A DNA stretch of 63,766 nt, the filler included, from Octopus bimaculoides (lineage: Eukaryota): NCBI RefSeq assembly GCF_001194135.2. It is 6 parts of 6 records of this genome, joined end to end, with 100 filler letters (N's around TTAATTAATTAA, not from the genome) between each part and the next. Parts side by side here need not be neighbours in the genome. Positions count along the whole stretch, not along the records: positions 48,696 to 58,648 come from NC_069002.1; positions 58,749 to 60,050 come from NW_026372607.1; positions 60,151 to 63,766 come from NC_068990.1; 3 more parts are not named here. One strand, 5' to 3'. Shown here piece by piece: positions 50,431 through 63,660 of this stretch. The notes under the pieces were generated by a model. The model did not search any database and was not told the origin of the DNA. It worked only from the letters and a program-made list of their open reading frames with translations. The translations under genes and the position numbers were made by a program. Position 1 is the stretch's first letter; every line of letters begins with the position of its first letter.

Positions 50431-51149
50431 TGTAGTCTTAGCTGGAGTTGCCACTTTATGCGATTTCAAATAGTTCTTTCTTAAGCAGAGTCTGATTTTT
50501 ACGCGAAATTATCTCTAACTGAATAAACCAACAAACACAGCAAACTGCCATTGCATAACACTCCACAATCACCACCGAACGACATGGAATAAATCTCAAC
50601 AGTGTGTCACCACCACTCAATAAGTAACATATACTCTTTCATAAGACTCAGCCAACACTCGTAACAACACTAAATGGATCTTCGTCGATTTTGACGGTGA
50701 TTACTCAGCTCATTGAATTAATTTGTCAATTGTTGAGTGTCCCACGGACACGTATCCCATTTTTTGTAATTCTTAAACTGGTCGACATGACAGAGTCCTA
50801 TAAATTTGGACCCTTAAATATTATTGGTACAATCACACAATTTTCATCTACCCAACATCACTCACAAAACTTGTGTAGACTCGAAGCTATGATATAAAAC
50901 ACAGAAGCTGCTGTTCAGGTGGGTTTACACCGAACCTTGTGGTTGTGAAAGCAGGCCCTTAACTATTCAGTCATGCTGCGCCCATTTTAAGATCAAAAGC
51001 TCCCATGACGGCCAGTCTCTATAATTGCATCCTTCAGTAATAATAATACAACTTGTACCCTTGAGTTAGCAGATGATTAGGGTTCGAGTTGAAAGCCTTG
51101 CGGTTATTGATCCCACTCTGTATTTTAAATAGAAATCTTGTCCAGGTGA

Positions 51150-51335
51150 ACTTGGCCGTTAATGCAGACTGTGACAAGGCTGACCTTTTGAATTACAAGT
51201 ACCCTCATTTTTGCCAGCTGGGTGGATTGGAGCAACATGGAATAAAGTGTCTTCCTCAAGGACACAACTGCTCATGGAATCGAATCCGTGACCTCACAGT
51301 CTGAGCGAAATAATCTAACCCCTTAGCCACGCGCT
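51150..51335 (-). mobile_element. tRNA-derived SINE with CORE-like body
   Basis: rc GCGCGTGGCTAAGGGGTTAG..GGATTCGATTCC..TTGTGTCCTTGAGGAAGACACTTTATT..CCAGCTGGCAAAAATGAG, then the tail shared with the 11451 copy. Confidence 0.8.
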
Positions 51336-51659
51336 TAGTGGTTTGAGCATTCACATCGATGAGAAGAGGGTTTGCAAAATGTATAGGTACTGTCCTTCTT
51401 TCAGACCAGACAAATAAAAAGAAAACTTACTCGGGGGTGGGGAATCAGGAGATACAACACGAAATTAAAATAAATTAGGTTAATCAAAAATAAGTATTGT
51501 ACGACGCATTGATCTTCAGGTAATGTGCTACCAATAGAGCAGACGAGACAAAGTCAAAACTAAATGACATACACTCTGAAAATAGTACAGGACACTATTT
51601 CCAGCTGAGCTGTAAATGTATACAATAGAAATATGACAAGTGTACGATAATGAAAATGA

Positions 51660-51860
51660 TTTCAAATTTTGGTACAAGCTACAAATTCAAGGCTGTAGTC
51701 GATTACATTGACCTCAGTGCTGAGCTGGTATTTATTTTATTGAACCGTAGGGGATGAAAGGCAAGGTCGACCTAAGCGGATATCGAACAGAGAAGAAATA
51801 CCGATAAACATTTTCTCACATACATTAAGTAATTTTGCTGGTTCGCCACATTATTAAAAC
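51660..51860 (-). mobile_element. Decayed family A SINE
   Basis: GTCGATTACATTGACCTCAGTG...GGATGAAAGGCAAGGTCGACCT. Confidence 0.8.
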
Positions 51861-52590
51861 TTTTAGCAGTAACTGACGTGCGCCATGACAAGAACTGGAA
51901 TTCTATATAACAATCCATGACATGAGAAATACAATTGACACAAATATTCGTAACAAAACGACATAAATTCAATTGAAATTCATCATGGTCGACTAACATG
52001 AATCCCATATAATCATGTCATGTATTTGAGACCTCGAGACGTGTGACGAGCAAATCATTACAATTCATCGCAAAAACCGTAAAAGAGTCATCAAAATTCA
52101 CTTCTCACTGAGAGAAGTCACAACGATGAGCATCAACATTCATTTTCGTTCCTTTTTTTGTTGTTGTTGTTTTTCCACGAGAAACTTCATGACAGCTGTA
52201 GCAATTTTGATAATGGAATCGTTATGGGTGATGTAAGCGACATCAGTATTTTATTTGTTCTTACTTTCTCGGCCTCGAAAGGATGACAATTCAACCAGCT
52301 AGGATTTTATCTGAGAATGGAGAGGATAATGAAATGCAATAAATCATTTTAGTCTTATTTTATTGAAGCTCTGCGAAAGGAACGGCCTCCCATCCAGGGA
52401 GCAACATTTAGGCCGCAGAAACTGGGAAGCTGGTTCCATCCGTCTCTGTGCGTCAGCAAGATTCTTTGGCTCATAGCATTTTATACACCTTGCCACTCAA
52501 GGTGTATTTAATATCATTCTTTATGAGAGAATTCATAAATGGCAGTTAGAATGTCAGAATATTTAAAAGGAAAAGAGGTAGTAAAAAGAA

Positions 52591-52707
52591 AGTGATTCAC
52601 CGTCTATTTCGACGATGAACTTTCAACTGTTCGATCAACGGTACCACCTGCTCATCGAAATAACGGCATGCTGAGTATTCCACGCGCACGTACACACACA
52701 CACACAC

Positions 52708-52745
<38 letters not shown>

Positions 52746-52833
52746 GCACACACGCACACATACACAAAGACACACACGCATACACGCACACACACGTACA
52801 CTTAATGTCCAACACAGGTTAGATCATTGTAAC
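52591..52833. repeat. Direct repeat with internal (CA)n, copy 1 (copy 2 at 54023-54219)
   Basis: TTCACCGTCTRTTTCGACGATGAACTTTCAA...(CA)n...GTACACTTAATGTCCAACACAGGTTAGAWCATTGTAAC occurs twice. Confidence 0.92.
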
Positions 52834-54022
52834 TTAGAGTGTGTGGTAAGATTGGATTCTTAAATTACAAAACATATATATGTAATGTTACTTTTAATTC
52901 AGTTATGATCAAATATATCCACGATAAAAAAAACCACTCCCTCCGACCATCCTGTCAGTTATACGGGTTCATAGGAGGTGTGTCTAGGACCACGTTACTT
53001 CATGTTGTATCATATGTATATAGAGCGTGAGGGGTATTTGGCGATACTTAGTTATCAATGTATTAATCTCCTTCAGACCAATTAAAATATGCTAATATAT
53101 TCAGATTATCTGTGGCAGATAAAATTCTAACAAAAGAGATTAAACGACGTTGTTGCCATATATGCAAAATTATGCGATTTAGTATTTTCCAAGTTGTTCC
53201 ATGTCGTAAAATCTTTTATGCGCAAACTTTGGATGGAATAAGAAACCTCTGACCAGAATGTTTCAACTGTATCAAAGAGGAAAATAATATTCGAAACTTT
53301 CGGTCATCGCCAAATGGACTTTATGTGTCAGAATGGACAATCAGAATTGCAATGCAAGAAAACATTCGATACAAGTCGTATACATTGTAGAAATGCCAAT
53401 TCCTGTCTGCAAAAATACGAGAAAACCAGTTGACCCATGCCAAGTGGCTACTTAACCAGGCTGAAATCCCTCAGAAATATACTTGATCATCATTCTTTTC
53501 ACCAAAAGGATCATTTACTGCAGTCTGGTTCCGCTTTGAAGCAATAATCCAACCTCAAGGCAGAACCATTAGATAAGAAAACTTATGGTGAACATATTCA
53601 CAAGTCATTTTATTAAAATGCATTTGGTTTTTGTTAAATTAGTTTTATTGAATTACTGAACGTCCTCAAAAACCTCTCGCTATTTATATATAAATATGCG
53701 GTGTGTGGGGGGAAGGCGCAGTAGACGTTCTATTTTTCAGAGTTTGTTCAAGGACTATACAAGGAGAACCACCACAATGTGCGATTTGCAATAATTCAGG
53801 TGACATACTTACCATGTAAAATGCAAATAAATAAATATATAATGGTAGTGCGCAATATCTTAGAAATAGAATATATCTCACAGCTACGTCTTGGTGCGTA
53901 AAAATATCGATTTAATTTGTATGAGACGAGGAAATATTTTTTTTAATCTTCATTTGACTTTTTCTTTTCTCTTTTGCATTTTCAAGCTGAGAAAAAAGGA
54001 GTATAAAGTAGGAAGTACACAC

Positions 54023-54219
54023 AGTGGTTCACCGTCTGTTTCGACGATGAACTTTCAATTGTTCGATCAACGGTATCACCTGCTCATCGAATTAACGGCA
54101 TACTCAGTATTACACACGCGTACGTACACACGCACACACACACACACACATACACACACAAAGACACACACGCATGCACATGTACACTTAATGTCCAACA
54201 CAGGTTAGAACATTGTAAC
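54023..54219. repeat. Direct repeat, copy 2
   Basis: See 52591-52833. Confidence 0.92.
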
Positions 54220-54224
54220 AATGT

Positions 54225-54340
54225 CACGCACATGTGGTTGTGATGCATGCGCCTGGTGTACTCTTATCAGACGGGTAGTCATGGTGGGTATACTGAGCTT
54301 CGTATATCTTACACCAGTGTCACTTTAATGGCATGCACTT
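54225..54340 (+). mobile_element. 3' fragment of the 555-bp element at 14504
   Basis: GTCACGCACATGTGGTTGTGATGCATGCGCCTGGTGTACTCTTATCAGACGGGTAGTCATG...CCAGTGTCACTTTAATGGCATGCACT. Confidence 0.85.
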
Positions 54341-54902
54341 TTGGGATGATATATTTCAATTATATTGTCACCGTCTTTTGCACGATCTGCGATTTTCCAG
54401 TCTATCTGTTGTTTATGGTGGTTACTGGTGTTAAATTCTATGTAGTTTTGATCTGCCAGCATACGTTGTTTGTGTGTTCAATTTCTGGTGGCTGTATTTA
54501 TGTATGTACTACTCCATGTTGTAAGATGTTGCATACGATATTTTCACTGTGTGGTTGTTATATTTATGTGTTTTAGGAAAGCATCTATCTAATGCTGCAA
54601 TGAATTGCTTACCAATCTTGGATAATACTTGGAGTCCAAAAATTGGATTATACGATAGGACTTGCGAATTTTTGTAACTTTTGTTTGGTTTCTTCCATAT
54701 TTTTTGTGTGTAGCGATTATGTGTGTCAGTATTCTGATTTTCCCTTTACTTATGTGTTATATCCATTTTCCTCCGTTCTTTCCTTTGTTCTTCAGCGATT
54801 CCCTTTTTTTCTTGGTATTCGTTTGTTGATGTCATTCGAATTAACTGTGTATTCTACCTTATTTGTGTTTGTGTTGAAACATTTGTAGTGATAAAAAAGC
54901 TG

Positions 54903-55608
54903 CCTAACCGTACTTACTCCTCCTTTTGACTCTTTTACTTTTTACTTTTCACTTCTTACTTTTTATTTCCAAACACGAGGAATACCTAAGACTAGATTTG
55001 TTAGCATACCATAAGAATACTACCGGCTATTTGGGAATTCTAAGGGTGAACGATCTCTATTTGTACTCTTATACGTTCTTAACAAAACACACCTCAACTA
55101 TATATATATATCATGAATGACTAAAATAGATGTGTTGATATAGAGAAATAAAGCCGCACTGGTAGAGAGAGGGGGAGAGATTGAAAGGTAGTTGGTAACA
55201 GTAGAATATGGGGAAGCCTGTGCCTAGAGAGACAGAGAGACTTGCAGTTGTTGCAAGCACCTCTTTTATAAATAAGAGTTCCCAGCCTTAAAGCATGTCA
55301 CNNNNNNNNNNNNNNNNNNNNNNNNNNNNNNNNNNNNNNNNNNNNNNNNNNNNNNNNNNNNNNNNNNNNNNNNNNNNNNNNNNNNNNNNNNNNNNNNNNN
55401 NNNNNNNNNNNNNNNNNNNNNNNNNNNNNNNNNNNNNNNNNNNNNNNNNNNNNNNNNNNNNNNNNNNNNNNNNNNNNNNNNNNNNNNNNNNNNNNNNNNN
55501 NNNNNNNNNNNNNNNNNNNNNNNNNNNNNNNNNNNNNNNNNNNNNNNNNNNTCACCCTTAGAATTCCCAAATAGTCGGCAGTATTCTTATATGTATGCTA
55601 CGGTTAGG
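54903..55608. repeat. Foldback or MITE-like inverted repeat spanning a gap
   Basis: 55002-55049 is the reverse complement of 55552-55600 (3-4 differences); CCTAACCG at 54903 mirrors CGGTTAGG at 55601-55608. Confidence 0.8.
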
Positions 55609-56789
55609 TGATGAAGGTTATGACGATCATGAGACCATTGAAGCGGATTTTGCGTGTTCTCATAGCCTTTTGATAGTTTTCTTTTGACTTATAAATACAC
55701 TGATTATGCTTTTGTGTTGGTGAATGGACGTTAGGCTACCACATTCCTAGAGGAGAATGTCTTCGTGTTATTTGTTCTTTGAGAGAAGGACAATGGAATG
55801 CTGCTCTGCTGAATTTTGGTTGCGAGTTGCTAACGTTTCGTCTAGGTAAAAAGTTAAAGATGGTATTATTTCTTGAGGTAGGAGTGACTGCGTGTGTTCT
55901 GAAAGGGAATGATGTACATGTGATGAACCAGATCTCTTACGTCAGCATATACACATCATGATTCGCTGAAGGCCAAGGCCCCGATGGACCAGTTGAGCAG
56001 GACAATAACGATGCCAAATATGACAGATGAACAAAAGCAAAACACCTAACAATAAGAATAGTATTTCTGAAGCGAAAACTCTCCAGGTTATGACATTCTA
56101 CGGGGATACTTTCGCAGAGTTAGAAGCATCCGAAAGTCTAATTACATATACGCCTGCAATATATTTTACACCTCAGATTTATTCTTACATCCGTAAATCC
56201 TTGGATTTAAAGGTGGTTTTTACTCTTGTATTTAATTTATTTCCCTCTATTAGGCAACACACTCATCTTAGTACAATGCCTAATGATTAATCAACGTCAT
56301 GAGTAATTTTTGTATAAGTTTGTAATTGATTTTACCAATACGATATTAATTTAGCTGTCCGTTCTGGAACGGTTATCATATATATTAAATTACGTCTGCG
56401 TTGTTTTTATTTTGTACATGAGGGGCGTATTACTTCTGACAGAGATATCCAGCCGTTTCCTAATAATTAAACATAGATAGGTTTCCGAGTGTTTCCACAG
56501 CATAATATTATTGTTAATATCTACACGGAAGCTGTATAGATTGTTACAACTGCAGCATAAAACAAACATGTTCGTGTCACGCAAAAAGCCTAATTAAGTA
56601 TCTATGAATCATCATATCAGTAACTACCTTCACACAATACATAAAACGTACACAGTATAAAAGGGTTTTAAAAAGTAAGTTTAAAATCGAACTTATGGTA
56701 TATAAATATCAGTGAATGAAACGTCTGCAAACCACTTTCAACAAATACAGTATAGAGACAGAGAAATGAATATACAAAAAATAGCATGC

Positions 56790-56886
<97 letters not shown>

Positions 56887-57481
56887 TACACAAACATATG
56901 TACATAGAATTCATTTGTATTTATACATCCTTACATTTACATATGTATGTGTGTCGTGTGTGTGGGTGTTGACGAGTTTGTTTGCAGATATGTGTACACA
57001 TGTAGATAAATACTTTGATTATGATAATTGGGAGGCAATGCACATATCTACCTACCGAATGTATATACACCTACGAAGTCGAGTTCTTACTGGACACTTG
57101 TCGTGAACAAAATTACTAAAACTAATTATGATCCACCCGGTACACTATGCATAATATTTATGAAGGCAAAAGGTAATGTTTTTTATTACTTTAAACCCGA
57201 AACGCGATCATGTACGTGGCTAACCAAAGTTTTAATTCATTTTCTTTTTTCTACTAGCCTATTATATGGTGTGTTTTTCTCGGAGAGTTTATGGTGGTAA
57301 TAGTGTCTTTTGACGTCTATTTTTCAGTGTGTGGTGCAGCACAAGCCAAACCCCTGTTATGATTATGTATAGAATTATAAAATATTATATACATATAATA
57401 TTTTATAAATTATATAAAATTTAGCTATGAGGTATTATTTCCGCGCTGACCACTTGGTAAAATTCATTAATGATTTTACCC

Positions 57482-57513
<32 letters not shown>

Positions 57514-58756
57514 CATTATTATTATATATAATGGAGAATTTATACAAAATTAATATATAAGTAGATGATGAATAAAGCACCGGCACAGTTTCGATTTCCT
57601 GTTGCTATCCGTTGATTTATTGCAGGAACTTCGTACTGCAGGTTGAGGTAACAGTATTATTAGAATAGATGGAATAAAAGATTTTATTTTATATNNNNNN
57701 NNNNNNNNNNNNNNNNNNNNNNNNNNNNNNNNNNNNNNNNNNNNNNNNNNNNNNNNNNNNNNNNNNNNNNNNNNNNNNNNNNNNNNNNNNNNNNNNNNNN
57801 NNNNNNNNNNNNNNNNNNNNNNNNNNNNNNNNNNNNNNNNNNNNNNNNNNNNNNNNNNNNNNNNNNNNNNNNNNNNNNNNNNNNNNNNNNNNNNNNNNNN
57901 NNNNNNNNNNNNNNNNNNNNNNNNNNNNNNNNNNNNNNNNNNNNNNNNNNNNNNNNNNNNNNNNNNNNNNNNNNNNNNNNNNNNNNNNNNNNNNNNNNNN
58001 NNNNNNNNNNNNNNNNNNNNNNNNNNNNNNNNNNNNNNNNNNNNNNNNNNNNNNNNNNNNNNNNNNNNNNNNNNNNNNNNNNNNNNNNNNNNNNNNNNNN
58101 NNNNNNNNNNNNNNNNNNNNNNNNNNNNNNNNNNNNNNNNNNNNNNNNNNNNNNNNNNNNNNNNNNNNNNNNNNNNNNNTATATATATATATATATATAT
58201 TAATGATAATAAAGGAGTTACGACGCAAAAAAGTATAAATTCAAAAGAACATATTTATCTTCTTCAATATATATTTCAGTATAAAGAATTCATTAAGATG
58301 GTTAAATCAAAATTTCTTTACACGTCATTCAGGAACAGATATAACATCAGAAAAAATACGTTCCGTTTAAAAACATAAACCGTTTATGGCGAAAAAATTC
58401 AACGATTACAAAAAACGAACAAAATTTTTAAAGTTTTAGCAAAAAGAACGCTATTACCTACATACAGGCATCCGCGTGTGCGCCCGTACACACACGCACA
58501 CCCGTTCATACGCGCACACACGTTCATGCACGCACACACGTGCCCTCTCACATGTATATATATGGATACACAAAGAAGCAAAGATCACAAGTCATAAACA
58601 CATACACACACACACACACATACATCCACACACACACACACACACACANNNNNNNNNNNNNNNNNNNNNNNNNNNNNNNNNNNNNNNNNNNNTTAATTAA
58701 TTAANNNNNNNNNNNNNNNNNNNNNNNNNNNNNNNNNNNNNNNNNNNNAAAAAAAA

Positions 58757-59038
58757 AAAACTAAAATCCCTTAAAGTTTGAAATAGGAAGAATTTGGAGT
58801 ATGAGAACAGTAAAGGTAGTGCTGATAATAACTGGAGGGTTGGGAACAATAAGAAAAGATATAGACAAATGGCTGAAGGATATTGGAATAGAATGCCCTG
58901 TAGAGCTCCTACAGAAAATGTGTCTCTTAAGGACAACAAAGATTATCAGGAGGATTCTAAGTACTTGAAAGACGACTGGAAACTTGTGGATATTTAAAGT
59001 TACAGGTAGTAACCCGCTACCTGCATAATTCCGACCAG
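58757..59038 (+). mobile_element. R4/Dong-clade extreme 3' end followed by (GAA)n
   Basis: LKFEIGRIWSMRTVKVVLIITGGLGTIRKDIDKWLKDIGIECPVELLQKMCLLRTTKIIRRILST-stop. Confidence 0.85.
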
Positions 59039-59239
59039 GAAGAAGAAGAAGAAGAAGAAGAAGAAGAAGAAGAAGAAGAAAAAGANNNNNNNNNNGAAGA
59101 AGAAGAAGAAGAAGAAGAAGAAGAAGAAGAAGAAGAAGAAGAAGAAGAAGAAGAAGAACAAGAAGAAGAACAAGAAGAACAAGAAGAACAAGAAGAAGAA
59201 GAAGAAGAAGAAGAAGAATTTAGAAACTAATAATAATAA

Positions 59240-60010
59240 TAATTTAGAAACTTTAATATCTCCAATTTTGTGTGAACATTTTGTCTTTCCTCCTTCCCTG
59301 ACGAACAGAATATGTAAACTTGCCTTTTATTGTAACAACACAATTAAATACACGAAAAAAAATTAAGGAAGTAAACACCTGGCAATATATACACACTACA
59401 CAACTAAAAAAACTGTAAACCACAGCAAAACTTTTAAAAAGGAAAGAAAAATTCCAAAAGACAAAGAAAAAGAAATTCAGAAATTCAAAAATCCAACAAG
59501 GTGAACATCTCTTCCTCCTACTATTGCTAAAGATTGGAATATCTACAATTTCTTGTGAATATTTTAATCTCCCTCAAAATAAAATAAGTTAGGAAAGTTA
59601 CATACCTGCAGCTTTCGAACACACAAACAATCAGCTTTAAAAAAAAACCTTTAATATCTACAACTACTGTGTGAATACCTAACCGTTCCTCTCTACCTGA
59701 GTATTCGAAAATGTAAACATCATCCTCCTTAATATTCTAAGAACACTACCATTTCTCTCTGTGCGGTCATACAAAAGACCATATTTAGTAAATCTTAAAA
59801 CTTTACTATCTACAACTTGCTTTCTTTTCTTTATAACTCTCCCTGAGTATTCGAAAATGTAAGCATCCTTTTCATTGCAAAAGTCCTAATGTGTTCTCCA
59901 TCTGGACAGACAAACGAACATCTCAAGAAAACTTAAAAACTTTAATACGTAAACACACCTTTTATTGCAACAACACAATTAAATTCAGAAATTCAAAAAT
60001 TCACCGACGT
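59240..60010. repeat. Degenerate complex tandem repeat
   Basis: Recurring AAACTTTAATATCTACAA (about 5x), CCTGAGTATTCGAAAATGTAA (2x), CTTTTATTGYAACAACACAATTAAAT (2x), TTCAGAAATTCAAAAAT (2x). Confidence 0.7.
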
Positions 60011-60210
60011 GAATATCAGCATATATATATGTGTGTGTGTGTGTGTGTGTNNNNNNNNNNNNNNNNNNNNNNNNNNNNNNNNNNNNNNNNNNNNTTAATT
60101 AATTAANNNNNNNNNNNNNNNNNNNNNNNNNNNNNNNNNNNNNNNNNNNNGGACAGGTGGTGTAAATAACAAAAGTATATATTAGTATGACGCTCGGGAA
60201 TACGGAAAGT

Positions 60211-60247
<37 letters not shown>

Positions 60248-60248
<1 letters not shown>

Positions 60249-60540
60249 GGAGGCACAATGGCCCAGCGGACTCGCAGTTGGAGGATTGCGGTTTCGATTC
60301 CCAGACCGGGCATTGTGTGTGTTTATTGAGCAAAAACACCCAAAGCTCCACGAGGCTCCGGCAGGGGACGGTGGCGACACCTATTCTATTCTTTCACTCC
60401 AACTTTCTCTCATTCTCCTGCCTGTTTCTTGAGTAACGCTGCGATAGACTGGTGTTCTTCCCAACTGGGGAGGAACACATACGCCATAGAAACCGGGGAA
60501 ACCGGGCTCATGAGCCTGGCTAGGCTTTAAAAAGGGTGCA
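60248..60540 (+). mobile_element. SINE with family C head and a different tail
   Basis: GGAGGCACAATGGCCCAG..GTTTATTGAGCAAAAACACCCAAAGCTCCACGAGGCTCCGGC matches the rc of 11700-11828; downstream sequence differs. Confidence 0.85.
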
Positions 60541-60794
60541 TAAATAAATAAATAAATAAATAAATATATATATATATATATAAACAACAAAAATACAAAT
60601 AGAGAAAATCACATCTTTAATTGTAAAATTCTCCTTATATATGCAGATATATGGAGTCTGATTGTTTGATATAGTTAACTAAATTCGTTTAAAACAGAGT
60701 GCTTCATTGATATCTGACAATCTTTTAATCCCTGTGTTTTTCTTCTTATATACATATATACATATAAACACACACATACATAATACATAGACAT

Positions 60795-61106
60795 GTGGAT
60801 TAACTCTCAGAGTATTTGGCTCATGATTGTAATGCCATAATTACGGTTCCTGGCAGTATGTTGTGTCCTTGAACAAGACACTTTATTTCATGTTTGTTCC
60901 AGTACACTCAGCTGGAAAAAATGGGTAGTACCTGTATTTCAATGAACCCACTTTGTCAAACGCTGTGCTACACTGAATCCATATGAAGAGTCAGTTACAG
61001 GTATGTATGTCTGTGGAATGCTTAGTCACTGGCACATTAATTCCACAAGCAGGCTGTTCCATTGACTGAATCAACTGGAAACCCCATTATATCCGACAGA
61101 GTGCCA
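60795..61106 (+). mobile_element. CpG-decayed SINE, CORE-like body plus the tail of the 11451 copy
   Basis: TTGTGTCCTTGAACAAGACACTTTATTTC..CACTCAGCTGG..CACAAGCAGGCTGTTCC..GAGTGCCA. Confidence 0.82.
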
Positions 61107-61134
61107 TTTATATATATATATATATATTATCATC

Positions 61135-61275
61135 ATTGTTGTCGTCATTTAACATCTGCTTTCCATGCTAGCATGGATTGGACGGTTTGACTGGGGACTG
61201 GGGAGCTGGAAGGCTGCACCAGGCTCCAATCTGATCTGGCAAAGTTTCTACAGCTGGATGCCCTTCCTAATGCGA
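61135..61275 (-). mobile_element. SINE 3' part, family E (AGGAAGGGCATCCAG module)
   Basis: rc TTAGGAAGGGCATCCAGCTGTAGAAAC..CCATGCTAGCATGGAAAG; same module at 63539-63650. Confidence 0.75.
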
Positions 61276-61289
61276 AGCTCTGACAACAT

Positions 61290-61575
61290 ACTCTTTCATT
61301 ATCAGTCATAATGCTTATGTTGGATGTGACATTTTAGTCTCACCAACAATTTGCAAAGAAGGCCACAGATGTTGCAAGTTTGAGGACTACAAGTCAATGC
61401 AGGTGGTATATTTGCAACCACTTTTCTCCTTTGCCTTGCACCCCAAAGCCTGTTAATGCTGGTTGCAACAAACGTTTTAATAACATTTTCACACATCAAT
61501 CTCCATTTTGTTTGTACCAAAGCTGTTCGCTCAAAGGTGTAGCTAGCTATCTTCATCTCTAAGGGGTTACTCTTC
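61290..61575 (-). mobile_element. RTE-clade LINE 3' end
   Basis: FERTALVQTKWRLMCE..TFVA..RQRRK..TCNICGLLCKLLVRLKCHIQHKH-stop fits the RTE terminal pattern. Confidence 0.7.
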
Positions 61576-61639
61576 AGCTTGTCCTTATATCTGAGCCATG
61601 GTTGACCAGCATTCTTGTGCCCACTTTGAAGCAGCCTCA

Positions 61640-61930
61640 GTCATTTGGTAGTGAGTGTGATTCCCAGACCAGGCTGTATTTTGTGTTCTTGAGCAAGATA
61701 CTTTATTTCCCATTGCTACAGTTCACTTGGCTATAGAAATGAGTTGCAGCATCACTGGTGCCAAGCTGCATCAGCCTTTGCCTTTCCCATAGATAACATC
61801 AATGGCATAGAGAAGGGAGGCTGGTATACATGGGTGACTGCTAGTCTTCCATAAACAACCTTGCTCAGACTTGTGCCTGGAAGGGTAACTTTCTAGGTGC
61901 ATCCTATGGTCATTCATAACAGAGAGCAGT
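61640..61930 (+). mobile_element. CpG-decayed SINE, CORE-like body plus the tail seen at 33850-33990
   Basis: TTGTGTTCTTGAGCAAGATACTTTATTTC..CTAGTCTTCCATAAACAACCTTG. Confidence 0.75.
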
Positions 61931-62541
61931 TCTTTTAAAAGTCCTTTTTAAGTATGTAGGCATCGATATTTTTAAATATCATATACAGCAATCATTAACT
62001 TCCTATTATTTTTAGAAACAGCAACTTCACTGCTTTGGTGAAACAAGCTCTAACCTAAATAGATAGTTTATCATGCACACACATTGAAATAGAAACAAAA
62101 GAAGAAGGCATTTACCTGCTTATAGCTATTGCCATACAATTAGTGGATAAGAAGCTTCATGGAAGCATATATATAGAAAAGTTAAGAAAGCTCAATGCTT
62201 TGCATGGTACCTATACAATATAACACATTTAGATATCATTCAAATGTTTGACCCATACAATGGAGTGCATATTTATATTTCATACAATTATTTATAATTA
62301 TATTCCGTGAACAAAACCTCAGAAAATGATTCCATAGAGTTTTGAAATGTGATGAATGGAAGGGATCACATAGCTTGTAATATTGTTCACTTACAAATAG
62401 ATGTCAAAAAAGGAATTTATCCTTACATTTTCAAACTTCATATTTATCTAACAAAATGAAAGTATCTCTCTCTCTCTCAATTTCATATACATTCATATAT
62501 AAGTGTGTGTGTTTGTGTGTGTTTGAATNNNNNNNNNNACA

Positions 62542-62574
<33 letters not shown>

Positions 62575-63076
62575 GTGTGTGTGTCTATCAGCATTTAGAT
62601 ATGTATATATATAATTATTTTCAATCCTTTAAATTCAGTTTATTCGTTTATTGTTTGTCATGATGAGTAATACAAAGTAAAAAATAGCATTCTATACTTC
62701 GTAATTTTGATGGAAATCTGTATGAGAAAAGATTCTACAATAAAACTCTGTCAATATTCTTTAATGTTGAAAAGGAAATCATGTGTTTTCTTTAGAAGGT
62801 GTTGAATCTTTTAAAATAAATTAATGACCACATTGTTAGTTATAAATGGAATTTTATGTCCAATTTTTTCAATGAGAATTTCTAAACCTATGAAAGAAAA
62901 TTAATGCAAAAATAACAAAATTCTTAAACCATAGAATTCATTTAGGAAACAACTCTCAGAATCAACCTGAAACGAACATATTGCATTTCCCTCATTGAGG
63001 AATAATACAGAACAATGCAGTAATAGATTAACGTGCAAACTGTGTGCGGATATCTATCTAACTATTCATCTTTCTT

Positions 63077-63121
<45 letters not shown>

Positions 63122-63297
63122 TTATCTAGCTAGCTAACTAGCTATGTATTTGTCTGTTTATCTTTCTATCTGTGTGAATATGTGTATGCATGTGTGTGCA
63201 TGTGCATGTTTGTATATGCATATATATATATGCATCTTCACACATATATTTATAAATATATTTATATATATGCATAAATATATATTACATATTTCTC

Positions 63298-63340
<43 letters not shown>

Positions 63341-63459
63341 GTGTATATATATCTATATGTACATATATGTTTATATGTATGTGTATATACGTATATGTAT
63401 ATATATGTATGTATATATACATATGTATAAATATATACATTCATATACACACACATTTC

Positions 63460-63660
63460 AAGTGCTGGTGCCACTTAAAAAGCACCTGTGCCAGTGACAT
63501 GTAAAAAGCACCCAAGTCACTCTGTTAAGTGATCAGTATTAGGAAGGGCATCCAGTCATAGAAACCATGCCACAACAGACAACTGGAGTCTGGAAATCTC
63601 CCTGCTAGCCAGCTCCATGTCTAATATTCCAACCCATGCCAGTATGGGTACAACTATGCC
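63460..63660 (+). mobile_element. SINE family E, CpG-decayed
   Basis: GGTGCCACTTAAAAAGCACC..TTAGGAAGGGCATCCAGTCATAGAAAC..CCAACCCATGCCAG. Confidence 0.75.

Noticed and set aside
62116-62210. Minus-strand exon with AG acceptor and CAG/GTAAAT donor
   Set aside because: Stop codons in all three frames; could only be non-coding, and there is no other support.
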